This document shows, one piece after another, positions 7,253 through 19,446 of a stretch of DNA of 64,000 nt; the first letter of the stretch is position 1; the number at the start of each line of letters is the position of its first letter. Below the pieces are notes generated by a model. It was not told the origin of the DNA, ran no database searches, and saw only the letters and a program-made list of their open reading frames with translations. The translations under genes and the position numbers were made by a program. The stretch comes from an uncultured virus (IMG/VR IMGVR_UViG_3300027751_000012) (Duplodnaviria; Heunggongvirae; Uroviricota; Caudoviricetes): the IMG/VR virus record IMGVR_UViG_3300027751_000012, one strand, 5' to 3'.

Positions 7253-8709
7253 TCTACTTTCCTCCTTGCTCCACTAGCTGCGGATGCTCCTGCCGATGCT
7301 GCAACATTTCCTGCAATAACAGATGCAACAACAATCTCTTCTGCTCGCTCTCGCTGTTCTGGTGCAATGTCAGCACCAATATTTCCCAGGTTGTTCATAA
7401 CCTCTAGCACCTGTTCAGCTACTGCACCCACGACTGGTATCACAGCAATTTCTTCTGCCAAGTCTGGGTCATCTGCTTCTGCTGCAACTGCTAGCAGCTC
7501 CAGAGCCACCAGGTATTCTTCTGAATCTTTTTCTGAAGTTTGAAATTTTGCCATTGCAATTTCTTTAACCTCTTCTGCCAAAGCTAGATTTTGCTCAGCC
7601 TTTGGGTTATTTAGAATAGCCTGTAAATCTTCTATCTTTTTCTTCTGCTCGTCTATGGTTGCATTGGCAGCTGTAAGCTGGGCCTTTAGGCTTTCTATGG
7701 TCGCTCTCGCTGCCTCTAGCTCTTTTTGAGTAGATCCTTGCTTAGCTGTCATATCATCTAGTCTCTTGGTTACATCTGCTAGCTTTGCCTCAAGCTCTTC
7801 TACCCTAGCCTTAGATGCTGCAAGCTGTTTGCCAAGATCAGCGGACTTAGCCTTCTCTAGCTCGTAGTCAGACTTGCTTTTAGCCAGACTAGTTAGTGCG
7901 TCTTTTAGCTCTTTGCTAACTGTAGCAAAATTATCTTCTGCAATTCCCAGCTTAAAGTTTGCATCTTCCAGGTCAGCCTTAAGGGTGGCAATTGATTCTT
8001 GTGCTGTAGCAAGTTCCTTTACTTTATCTTCTAGCTCTGCAGACTTGGTCGCAAGGCTCTCAGTAAGCGAGTCCACCTTCTTGATATATCCAGCAATTGT
8101 TATTTGATCTTGTTCAATCTGTGCCTTTGCACTGTCTTGATAATTAATATAGGCTGTTTTTAGCTCATCGTAAGATGCCTGCAAGCTATCATAACTTGAC
8201 TTAAGCTGATTGTAATTAGTCTGTAAGGCTTGGTACTGAGCATTAAGAGCATCGTACTCTGCTTGTGATACAACTGGTGTGGTTAAAGTTACGGATACCG
8301 CTGTAGACCAACCAGAGTAGACTGAGTTAGTGTCATTGTCAGCCCTAACTTTAAAATTAAAACTACCCACACAATCATCCAATTGAAATACCTGCTTAAG
8401 ATAGTTACAGGTAAAAGTGTACGTGGTGTTAAGAGAGTTAGCTCCGCCAACATTGCCTGTTGCAACTCCGTATGGCCAGCTACTGTTCATGCCAAATCCA
8501 ATGGCATATCTTTCTGGTTTATATTGCCCTTCTACAGCTGCTGCCTGGGTCCAAGTTATTGTAATATTACGCTCTGAAGATACAGATGCGGATAGGTTAG
8601 TAGGCGTGTTGGGGTGGTTAGCACTTGCTGAAATAGGAAAAAGAAGCACTACGAAAAGAGCTAACAGTGCTGACAATGAAAGCTTAAATAATCTGTTAAT
8701 TAACCTCAT
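7249..8709 (-). CDS. exported FN3 + long coiled-coil protein with hydrophobic C-terminus
   Basis: Signal peptide (..PISASA-N), FN3-like PTNLSAS...ITW...FKVRA, about 230-aa heptad region, C-terminal VVASVIAGNVAASAGA. Confidence 0.7.
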   Translation of the reverse strand: MRLINRLFKLSLSALLALFVVLLFPISASANHPNTPTNLSASVSSERNITITWTQAAAVEGQYKPERYAIGFGMNSSWPYGVATGNVGGANSLNTTYTFTCNYLKQVFQLDDCVGSFNFKVRADNDTNSVYSGWSTAVSVTLTTPVVSQAEYDALNAQYQALQTNYNQLKSSYDSLQASYDELKTAYINYQDSAKAQIEQDQITIAGYIKKVDSLTESLATKSAELEDKVKELATAQESIATLKADLEDANFKLGIAEDNFATVSKELKDALTSLAKSKSDYELEKAKSADLGKQLAASKARVEELEAKLADVTKRLDDMTAKQGSTQKELEAARATIESLKAQLTAANATIDEQKKKIEDLQAILNNPKAEQNLALAEEVKEIAMAKFQTSEKDSEEYLVALELLAVAAEADDPDLAEEIAVIPVVGAVAEQVLEVMNNLGNIGADIAPEQRERAEEIVVASVIAGNVAASAGASAASGARRKVE

Positions 8710-8771
8710 CTCCTAGTTTTGGGGTAGCTGGGGAATGTATTCTAATACTATTATACTGGACTTTATAAATG

Positions 8772-8800
8772 AAAAAGGGGCACAGCCTAAGCCATGCCCC
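8772..8800 (-). terminator. intrinsic terminator after nrdF
   Basis: GGGGCATGGC-TTAG-GCTGTGCCCC hairpin followed by TTTTT on the minus strand. Confidence 0.85.
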
Positions 8801-8818
8801 CCATTCCAACTTATTTAA

Positions 8819-11869
<3,051 letters not shown>

Positions 11870-11883
<14 letters not shown>

Positions 11884-12283
11884 ATAGTAGCTCCAGTCTC
11901 CTTGTAATTTCTTCTACGTCTTCTGGTGTCCCCATAATTTCTACACGTCCTATAAGTGGTACACCAGTCTTATTGCAGATCATATCTGCTGCCTTACAGT
12001 AGTGCTCGCCAAAGTTTGTGTTGCCTGTGCCTATGACACCACGCAATAAATCCCTGTTGGCAGGATTATTTAAAAATACCTTTACTGACTTTGGGATAGC
12101 AGGTGATTCATTGCCACCACCATAAGTCGGTAAAACGAGTACATACTCAGCATCCACAGTGAAGCCCCGAGCGTCGCTAGGACGAGTGGGAATACGAATT
12201 CCTGCATCTGTGAGCCTTTCTACAAATCGTTTAGTGTTCTCGGAGTAATTGGAAAAGTAGACTATAGAAATTGGCAATACCAT
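11870..12283 (-). CDS. nrdI: flavodoxin NrdI
   Basis: [20 protein letters not shown] and [11 protein letters not shown]; directly upstream of nrdE. Confidence 0.95.
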
Positions 12284-12297
12284 TAGTACACCGCTTT

Positions 12298-14073
12298 CTA
12301 TATGACCTCAAATTGGGATAGATAATCCTCAATCTTTTCTTTACTGGGTTTATATTGTATCACGTTTTTAGAATTATCTTCAAGTGGATCTTTTGGCCTA
12401 TCCCTGAAAGTGTGAATCTCTACTTCCTGGTTAACGTTTTTGGGAGTATGAGAGATTGCTCCAAAGACTGCACCACACACCGCATCTGCAAGGTCCTTAG
12501 ATAGCTTTCTGGGGTGGTCCACACGGTTCTGCTTTACAATCTTAAGCTCTGTTAGCTCCTCAAACAGTAGCTCAATTGCTGGCATAGCTAGACGCTCTTC
12601 GTAAACAAGCATAGCCATATCTTCGTAGTGCTTCTTGGCGACCGATACCGTTTCAGTTCTCATTCCCACAGCCTTTAGCTCATTCTGAATATCGAATGAC
12701 TGCCAGCGGTCGAAGGATACCATTCCGACGTTAAATCCTTGGCGACGTAAATTCTGAATCCACTGCTTAACTTCTGAAAGGTTAACTGGCCCCTCAACCC
12801 TTGGCTCCCAGTATACTACGGCATCTACGACTACCATTGGCACTACCTGCTCATAGTCTTTCATTACCTGAACAGATACCCACTTCTCTACGTGGGCAAT
12901 TGCTACGGCACACTTGTCATGCTTCTGAGCAAGGTCTGCGTGGACATAGTAAACTTTGTCTGGATCTGGTTTGAATGTTTCGTCGAACCTCTTAGAGCTA
13001 TCAATAGGATTTCTTACTGTCATACACGCTCTTACCTTGTCACGCTGCTTAAAGAATGCATCAGATGCGAAGGTTGGCACACAGGCAAAGCGTTGCATAG
13101 CATCGCCCATATCTGTATAGAATGCTAGCTTAAAGTCATCAACCTTTCTTGTAGGGTTGACAATCCAGGTTGGCCTCTTTAGTGCAAACACTCCTGGATA
13201 CTTATAGTTTACGATAGTATCTTCATCCCAGCTAATTTCCAGACTGTTACCATCTGCATCCTCTGGTAGGTCTGGATTCATAACAAACTTATGAGTCTTG
13301 GTTATCACCTCTTTGTCTGCAATAACATCGTCATACCGCTGAGAAATAAAGTCGCCAGGGAAACGTGGGAATGATAGCAATGCAACCTTGCCGAGATCTG
13401 GGAAACGAGAATCTACAGAGGCACGGAAAGCTTTGTAGATGTTATCTGCTGTTTTGCCCTGGTCATTACCAGTGCCAACCTCCTGAGCAAATCCAGAAAT
13501 CTCGTCTAGAACTGCTAGTATAAGGTTTAGACCCTCGTGAGATTCTCGCTCTGAGTGACCAGAGTATACTGTGATAGCGTGATCAAACTCAATGCTGTCT
13601 GCCTTGGCATAATACTTGCCTGCAAACCATGGAGACCTTTCAATCTTGGACTTGAAGCCCTTAAAGAAAACGTTCTTTGCCTGCTGTGCGTTGATAGCAA
13701 CGTTGATGATATCAATGGCGTCACCAGAAGGCTTTCCGAAGTATCTCGCTGGGTCTTTAAGGCATAGCAGCTTGTATACGATGTAGCTACATGCTACAGT
13801 AGATGTAAAGTCTTTACCACTACCCTTGCCAAGCTGCAAAATTACTTCATTCTTAGTATACTTCTTGTAGTACTTGGCACCTTCCTCGGCACCCATAATG
13901 TCTTCTAGATCTTCTTGCTTGTAGATCTGGCTCATTGCCTCAACGATATCGTACTGTACCTGAGATAGTGGTGGCTGTCCAAGGTAGTCTTCACCCTCTA
14001 CAAAGGTCTTTGCATCTACAGGAATCTCTGCAAAAGCATCAGACTTAAGTGCATCTAGAAAATCATCAAACAT
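12298..14073 (-). CDS. terL: terminase large subunit
   Basis: Walker A GKGSGKD, Walker B AVLDE, nuclease motifs HADLA and DHP...SKDLADAV. Confidence 0.9.
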   Translation of the reverse strand: MFDDFLDALKSDAFAEIPVDAKTFVEGEDYLGQPPLSQVQYDIVEAMSQIYKQEDLEDIMGAEEGAKYYKKYTKNEVILQLGKGSGKDFTSTVACSYIVYKLLCLKDPARYFGKPSGDAIDIINVAINAQQAKNVFFKGFKSKIERSPWFAGKYYAKADSIEFDHAITVYSGHSERESHEGLNLILAVLDEISGFAQEVGTGNDQGKTADNIYKAFRASVDSRFPDLGKVALLSFPRFPGDFISQRYDDVIADKEVITKTHKFVMNPDLPEDADGNSLEISWDEDTIVNYKYPGVFALKRPTWIVNPTRKVDDFKLAFYTDMGDAMQRFACVPTFASDAFFKQRDKVRACMTVRNPIDSSKRFDETFKPDPDKVYYVHADLAQKHDKCAVAIAHVEKWVSVQVMKDYEQVVPMVVVDAVVYWEPRVEGPVNLSEVKQWIQNLRRQGFNVGMVSFDRWQSFDIQNELKAVGMRTETVSVAKKHYEDMAMLVYEERLAMPAIELLFEELTELKIVKQNRVDHPRKLSKDLADAVCGAVFGAISHTPKNVNQEVEIHTFRDRPKDPLEDNSKNVIQYKPSKEKIEDYLSQFEVI

Positions 14074-14606
14074 TACTCACCGCTCACTACTGTGATTGTT
14101 TCTCCAGGCTTGGTTGCATCAGACAGTCTTCTCATAATCTTATCCCGAATCTCGGGGTGCTCTGCAGCAATCTCTTTAAGGATTAGGATGAGGGCCTGCT
14201 GACGCTCTTCAATCTGCATCATCTCTTCCGCCAACTCCTTGTTCTCAAGAAGGCCAGCTTTTTGAAGCATATCAATCCTGGTACGCTCGAGGTCCATGAC
14301 CAACTTGATTGCAGAGTTCTTAGACCTTAGGTCTGCAGTTGTTGTGGCTTCGTCCATTACCTCATAGGCTTTTTGGATTAGCTTGCTATAGTGTGTGTCT
14401 GCACCTACTAAAGCCTCTTTGGCTCTGGCTCTAATTGCAGCATTGTCGGAAGCCATTGCACGCCACTCATTGATATAGCCAACAACCTTCTGCCTAGGAA
14501 TTGCAAGCTCTTTGGAGATCTGTGTTTCTGGTGTTCCTGCTAGGTACTTTTCAACAACTCTATTTACTTGATCTAGGTGCTCTACTGTTAGGTCCTCAAT
14601 TGACAC
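14073..14606 (-). CDS. probable terminase small subunit
   Basis: N-terminal HTH (TQISKELAIPRQKV) and helical body, directly upstream of terL; likely GTG start at 14606. Confidence 0.6.
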   Translation of the reverse strand: MSIEDLTVEHLDQVNRVVEKYLAGTPETQISKELAIPRQKVVGYINEWRAMASDNAAIRARAKEALVGADTHYSKLIQKAYEVMDEATTTADLRSKNSAIKLVMDLERTRIDMLQKAGLLENKELAEEMMQIEERQQALILILKEIAAEHPEIRDKIMRRLSDATKPGETITVVSGE

Positions 14607-14880
14607 GCTTGGCCCTCTTTCCCCTCTGAGGCACACGCTTGATACGGTCCTCCTTAAATGCACGGAACTGCTGTGCCTTTCCTCTAAAAATCTCAAAGCA
14701 GTCTACCCACTGCGATCCAGTAAGCTCATTGGTAGTAACTCCTACAAACTTAAACTTGGTGCCATACTCACCCTTTACTTTGATGGTGTCTCCTGCGTTA
14801 ATTGGAAAACCATCTAGCTCCATGTAGGGCTCTGTAACAAAGTGACTTGGGGCTACTACTGCTTTATTACGACGTGCCAT
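14596..14880 (-). CDS. hypothetical basic protein, SH3-like
   Basis: Likely start MARRNK at 14880, overlapping the upstream stop (TAATG); GDTIKVKGE motif. Confidence 0.6.
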   Translation of the reverse strand: MARRNKAVVAPSHFVTEPYMELDGFPINAGDTIKVKGEYGTKFKFVGVTTNELTGSQWVDCFEIFRGKAQQFRAFKEDRIKRVPQRGKRAKRVN

Positions 14881-15041
14881 TACCTTCTCGACTTTCTTAG
14901 CCCAAACTTTGCCAGGTAAACGTAAACAGTCTCTACGCTTACACCGCATTCCTGGGCAATTTGCTCTGGTGTCTTCTTGTCCATGTGGAAACGTTTCTTT
15001 AACCACAACTCATTTGTATATAGTTTAGCAGATTTAGCCAT
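14880..15041 (-). CDS. small HTH DNA-binding protein
   Basis: MAKSAKLY...TPEQIAQECGVSVETVYVYL. Confidence 0.65.
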   Translation of the reverse strand: MAKSAKLYTNELWLKKRFHMDKKTPEQIAQECGVSVETVYVYLAKFGLRKSRR

Positions 15042-15597
15042 CTTTGTCAACCACCTTTGCCCAGTTTCCAATTGCGTAATGTCCAACACCAACCGCATCT
15101 GCAACATCATTGTCTAGTATATCTCTATCGTAGTTTATCTTAATAATATTCATAGTTCTTTGTTTACGTATTTCACGCTCTTTATTCTTATACCATGTCT
15201 TTGACTTGCCTGGGAATTCTTTTGTAAGCTCAAACTGTTCAGTTTTAGTCATCTTCTTATTCCCCAAATAACTCTGCCAAGCAATTGGGTTAACTGCTCC
15301 TGCAAGAGTGATGCCAGACTGTGCTGCCGCACCAAGCAAGGCTCCTTGCACAAGGGCAAGGTCTGCGGCTGTCTTAGGGCTATTCATAAATACAGTGTGC
15401 TCAATAACAAGATTTTTTATCTCTGGAAACTCTTCGAAAAAGGCTCTGCATTTTCTGCCTGCATCTGCCACTCTTGCATATATAGACTTACCCTCAAAGT
15501 TGATCTTACCGTATGATACAAGAGCCTCTCCATCAAAGATTGCAAAAGCCATGCTAGTTGTGCTTGCGTCTACAGAAAAAAGTTTATTCCTTACCAT
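15034..15597 (-). CDS. RuvC-like Holliday junction resolvase
   Basis: RNase H-fold acidic residues in SVDASTTSMAF, VIEH and DVADAVGVG. Confidence 0.8.
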   Translation of the reverse strand: MVRNKLFSVDASTTSMAFAIFDGEALVSYGKINFEGKSIYARVADAGRKCRAFFEEFPEIKNLVIEHTVFMNSPKTAADLALVQGALLGAAAQSGITLAGAVNPIAWQSYLGNKKMTKTEQFELTKEFPGKSKTWYKNKEREIRKQRTMNIIKINYDRDILDNDVADAVGVGHYAIGNWAKVVDKDG

Positions 15598-15874
15598 TGA
15601 TAAGCCTCTTTATTTCTTTTAGTGCACCCTTTAAATCTCTAGGGTCAGTCACACAAGTTTCACAAAGGTCTCCGTCATTGTAGATGGACAGCTGTTTTCC
15701 ACAGTTTTTGCATGGACGATCTTTGCCCTTACGCCTAGTTCTACGAGTTTGGTTATACCTTGCTGCAATCTTTTCTTTTGTGGCTGCCTCTCGGCATTCA
15801 GCACAACAATATATTTGGTAAGAGATCTCAGTCTCAAAGGCGTGGTCACACCACTGGCAGTGCTTGCTTTTCAT
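15584..15874 (-). CDS. zinc-finger protein
   Basis: CQWC, YCCAEC, CKNC and CETC. Confidence 0.7.
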   Translation of the reverse strand: MKSKHCQWCDHAFETEISYQIYCCAECREAATKEKIAARYNQTRRTRRKGKDRPCKNCGKQLSIYNDGDLCETCVTDPRDLKGALKEIKRLINGKE

Positions 15875-16649
15875 CTATCGGCTCCAGAGATAATAGTTTA
15901 ATGTCTCCCTTACCAGCCACATCACAAGTTGCCTTTACAGGACATGTCTTGCAAATCTTTGAGTTAGATCGGTAGTTCTTTTCAGGAAGGGTTCTGTCAA
16001 CCCAAGCCTTACGAACTGACCTCAACCAGTCAAATGTGCCATTTACCCACTTAATATAATAATCACTAATCTCTACTGGTAGAATCAGTAGCTCATGATT
16101 ATTTTTGTTTTCATAAATAAGAACAGCTTCTGTCTTATTTAGAATCTTCATATAGATAAGCAATTGAACTAGGTGTCCTAGCTTTGGCTTACCAGCTGCC
16201 TTGCGATATTCAAACCCTTCTTGTGGCATTGTCTTGATTTCACCAAGAAGCTCCTTGCCATCCCATTTTAGCATAACATCCCCAAAGCCAAATATTGGTG
16301 GGTCATTCGCTGTAATCTTAAACTCAGAGTCAATCAGGAAGTCGTCTACGTTTCCCATTGCCTCCTGGATTCTCTCGTGAGACTTTGTTCCAGCTGTCAT
16401 ATTTGCAGCACCGTAGGCATCTGCACTGTCGTGGAACTCTGTGCCGTCAAAAGCTATGTACCAATACCTTGGGCACTCTCCGTGCCCATAAGCAATAGTT
16501 GAAGGAGCGAATGTCTTCTTCTGGGTGTGCTTAGAGACTCTCTTAACTGTATAGCCAGAGTTAATCCTATCTACTAGATCTTTAGTATTAAGGAATGACT
16601 TTTGTTGTGCAGCTTTAAGCATTACCTGGTTTAATAAATTTTTTGCCAT
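15846..16649 (-). CDS. Cas4-like PD-(D/E)XK exonuclease
   Basis: ECPRY, GTKSHERIQ, GD...EIKT, QLLIYM and C-terminal CKTCPVKATC Fe-S motif. Confidence 0.85.
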   Translation of the reverse strand: MAKNLLNQVMLKAAQQKSFLNTKDLVDRINSGYTVKRVSKHTQKKTFAPSTIAYGHGECPRYWYIAFDGTEFHDSADAYGAANMTAGTKSHERIQEAMGNVDDFLIDSEFKITANDPPIFGFGDVMLKWDGKELLGEIKTMPQEGFEYRKAAGKPKLGHLVQLLIYMKILNKTEAVLIYENKNNHELLILPVEISDYYIKWVNGTFDWLRSVRKAWVDRTLPEKNYRSNSKICKTCPVKATCDVAGKGDIKLLSLEPIDEKQALPVV

Positions 16650-16654
16650 ATTTT

Positions 16655-16957
16655 CTATCGAGCAATATACTTGAGTGCTGCCACAAGGTCATTTACGGCC
16701 TCTGCAGTTGTGAAGTATATATTCTTCTTTGCTCTATCTCCCTTATCTACGTTTACCATCCATGTTGCTTTAAGAGACATCTTTGCAGCAATTGCTTGCA
16801 GCCTTACGATCTCCAGTGTTGCTACCTGAATGGGGATATCTGGTTTAAGAATTAACTTAGCCACCATTGTTAGTGCCTGCGTTAGCTCTTCATCTTGCAT
16901 GAAGTCTGCGATTTCTGCCAAACCATTAACTGATTCTAAAGTTGTTTTATCTGTCAT
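16655..16957 (-). CDS. hypothetical protein
   Basis: 100-aa helical ORF in a tightly packed operon. Confidence 0.7.
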   Translation of the reverse strand: MTDKTTLESVNGLAEIADFMQDEELTQALTMVAKLILKPDIPIQVATLEIVRLQAIAAKMSLKATWMVNVDKGDRAKKNIYFTTAEAVNDLVAALKYIAR

Positions 16958-16960
16958 ACC

Positions 16961-17572
16961 CTAACTTTCGTTATAAATTTTTTCCCAGTATTCTCGCTTA
17001 TCTGTCATAAGCTTATCATGTTCTGCCATATTTGACAAGTCATTTACATCAAATTTTCCGAGCTCTTCTGGTACATAGTCTGCGGCACTAAAGTGAGCAA
17101 AGACCATGTCCATATAATCATCTTCTAGAAACTCTACCTTTTCTCTCCAGTGAACCTGATGAGTGCCTGAGAATGTAAGAGCCTCATTATTCTGCAAAGT
17201 ATACGAACGACCCTCTACAACCAGGGGCCATGTCCTATTTGAATCTAGCTGAATATCAAATGTCAGCCGAGGCTCCCTGAAAGTCTGATCTGTATGTGGA
17301 GTTAGTTGTATCTTCGGTGCATCATCGAACTTTGCGTATCTAGCAAACGATAGCTCTCTAAGAACAATCGGAATGTCGGTCGTTGATTGAGCTGCTCTGG
17401 TGATTGTCTCTACAATATTTTGAGGCATCCAGCTATGATATGCTTGGTGAGAAAAAACTTCTACAACCTGCTTCCTGTCTTCTGGAGTATTGTTAATATG
17501 CCCATAGATCTGAGCAATTTCTATATCTGTAAAAATGTCTTTGACAATTAGATTTGGTTGATCAAAGTTCAT
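16961..17572 (-). CDS. putative 2OG-Fe(II) oxygenase
   Basis: PHTD...WPLVVEG...FSGTHQVHWR; likely start MNFDQP at 17572 with GGAGG RBS. Confidence 0.7.
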   Translation of the reverse strand: MNFDQPNLIVKDIFTDIEIAQIYGHINNTPEDRKQVVEVFSHQAYHSWMPQNIVETITRAAQSTTDIPIVLRELSFARYAKFDDAPKIQLTPHTDQTFREPRLTFDIQLDSNRTWPLVVEGRSYTLQNNEALTFSGTHQVHWREKVEFLEDDYMDMVFAHFSAADYVPEELGKFDVNDLSNMAEHDKLMTDKREYWEKIYNES

Positions 17573-18371
17573 CGGTTTCCTCCCAAGTACCGTGTGTCTC
17601 TGGGTCCGAAATGCCTTCTTTTTTTCCAAGAGAGTTGTAAAGCATCCAGGCTGCCTGCATCTTTGGGTGCTTGTTCACCGAATCCAAATATGGCTTAAGC
17701 CTTTCTGGAAACTTTCCTGGATCCAGTGCATAATCTTTTCCAGTAAATCTAAAGTCGGATGGGGGTGAGTAGTCAAATGTTAGAATTTTTACAAACTCTC
17801 CCCTTTTCCATTTTCGCTTTGGTCTAAAGTGAGGCTGGTTTAATGCACTAAAGACAATAGCTTGGCCTTTCTTTAGCTGATATTTTTCGTTGTCAATATA
17901 TAGGTCCCAATCTATATTTCCGTCTAACATATAATTAAACGTAAGAAGATCTTCGCTATTATCAATATGAGGAGGCAAGGAAGGGGCGTAACGCCCATCC
18001 CCGTGCCTTAAATCATAATCTATATAGTTCCAATGTGCCAGCCTCAATTCACCACGATAAAGTGGTTTAACGATGCTATCCATAAGATTTTCAATATCTT
18101 CTGGAACATCATACTCTACCATTTCCCTAGACATATGAACAACCTTTTTGGGGTCGTACCACCTATTTCCACGATACTCTTCCTGTCCGCCATTAACAAG
18201 ATTGTACTCTGCATTACTATTTTGTGATAAAGTATCTTCAATAATTTTTGTTACTCTAAAAACTTGATCATCAGATAAAGCATCATTTACATAAAATGGC
18301 AAGTCAGACAAATAGTTAGACATATCGTCAGACAGGTAGTCCCACATCTCTGGGGCTGTAAATTTTTCCAT
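17562..18371 (-). CDS. putative 2OG-Fe(II) oxygenase, paralog of 16961..17572
   Basis: PPHID...WDLYID...FSALNQPHFR. Confidence 0.7.
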   Translation of the reverse strand: MEKFTAPEMWDYLSDDMSNYLSDLPFYVNDALSDDQVFRVTKIIEDTLSQNSNAEYNLVNGGQEEYRGNRWYDPKKVVHMSREMVEYDVPEDIENLMDSIVKPLYRGELRLAHWNYIDYDLRHGDGRYAPSLPPHIDNSEDLLTFNYMLDGNIDWDLYIDNEKYQLKKGQAIVFSALNQPHFRPKRKWKRGEFVKILTFDYSPPSDFRFTGKDYALDPGKFPERLKPYLDSVNKHPKMQAAWMLYNSLGKKEGISDPETHGTWEETDEL

Positions 18372-18377
18372 AGTAGA

Positions 18378-18386
18378 ATTATACCA
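18378..18386 (-). promoter_or_regulatory. extended -10 TGGTATAAT, leaderless spacing
   Basis: 6 nt before ATG at 18371; includes the TAA stop of the upstream gene. Confidence 0.65.
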
Positions 18387-18987
18387 TAGATTCGCCGTTC
18401 ACTATATTCTGCTTATCTTTACTAGTAACGGTTGCCTTGCCTACAAACCATGGTAAAAGAATGTCATACAGATCCACTAGGAGATTGACATCCTGGATCT
18501 GATACTTCTTCATCTCTACCCACGCCTTGGCATCTCCCTCCATGCACCTAATCCATAGGCTAAATCCTGAGTGCTTTACCTTTGCACCAACGCCAAGCTT
18601 TTGTGCGACATAGTCTAGCTTGTTGGATGGGAACTGGAAGTTAGCCTTAACAATTGACATAAGGTCCAGGTCTTTAACTGTTGATGGTGGTGCCATGCCA
18701 TTCTCAAGGAACTCACGGTTAATGTGCTTATGGTCAAATGCTGCTGAGTTCCACCCAACTAGGACATCGGCCTCCTCCATGAGGGCATGTAGCTCCTGTA
18801 GCATTGCCTTCTTGCCATCGTGATGTACTGACTTAAAGATGACCTTCTTTGTACCGCCCCACCTGGCACCAAAGCATAGCATCTCGGTTGGCTCAATGAT
18901 CTGATCAATACTTACGTTCTGGTCCCATAGGCCCCACACATAAGCTTTAATTGGTGTTGTCTCGATATCTAGATATAGTGTTTTCAT
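18379..18987 (-). CDS. DnaQ/RNase H-like 3'-5' exonuclease
   Basis: Exo I/II/III motifs LDIET, GWNSAAFD and YQIQDV. Confidence 0.85.
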   Translation of the reverse strand: MKTLYLDIETTPIKAYVWGLWDQNVSIDQIIEPTEMLCFGARWGGTKKVIFKSVHHDGKKAMLQELHALMEEADVLVGWNSAAFDHKHINREFLENGMAPPSTVKDLDLMSIVKANFQFPSNKLDYVAQKLGVGAKVKHSGFSLWIRCMEGDAKAWVEMKKYQIQDVNLLVDLYDILLPWFVGKATVTSKDKQNIVNGESMV

Positions 18988-19277
18988 TACTTCTTACTCT
19001 CTTCTACTAGCTGTTCTAGTAATTCTAGTTCAATTATTGCTAGTCTTGTTTTACGATTAGTTTCACCCAATACTACTACTATAGCAGGATCGTTGCCATT
19101 ACGCAAGGCATCAGTTACAGCCTTTGCCCAGTTGTCTTGATTAACGGTAAAGCCCTTTGGATATTCTTTAAAGTCTACAGTAAAGTTCTCCCAAGTAGCA
19201 TCACCTTTTTTGTTTCCTCTACCAGAGTTTTTGATGCCCTGGGCACCTAGCCTCTTGGTCTCTCCACGCTCACTCAT
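18987..19277 (-). CDS. small PD-(D/E)XK nuclease (Hjc-like resolvase)
   Basis: SGRG..KGDA...VDFKE motif. Confidence 0.55.
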   Translation of the reverse strand: MSERGETKRLGAQGIKNSGRGNKKGDATWENFTVDFKEYPKGFTVNQDNWAKAVTDALRNGNDPAIVVVLGETNRKTRLAIIELELLEQLVEESKK

Positions 19278-19446
19278 TAATAAAGTCGGCTTTCTTTCTC
19301 TTTGGATCTAGACTAACCTCTGACAAATGCTTATCTGGGCACATCCATGTCAGAAGCTTGTCGTCTTGATAATGTCTGAGGGTTGATACCTCTGCCTTAC
19401 AAACTTGACACAAGAATTCTCCATGATAAATAGAATACCTACCCAT
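19270..19446 (-). CDS. small zinc-ribbon protein, 58 aa (not in ORF track)
   Basis: MGRYSIYHGEFLCQVCK...WMCPDKHLS...; fills the gap and overlaps both neighbours. Confidence 0.65.
   Translation of the reverse strand: MGRYSIYHGEFLCQVCKAEVSTLRHYQDDKLLTWMCPDKHLSEVSLDPKRKKADFINE

Noticed and set aside
15846..16649. CRISPR-Cas system suggested by the Cas4-like gene
   Set aside because: No cas1, cas2 or array; stand-alone Cas4-like exonucleases are common in phage recombination modules.
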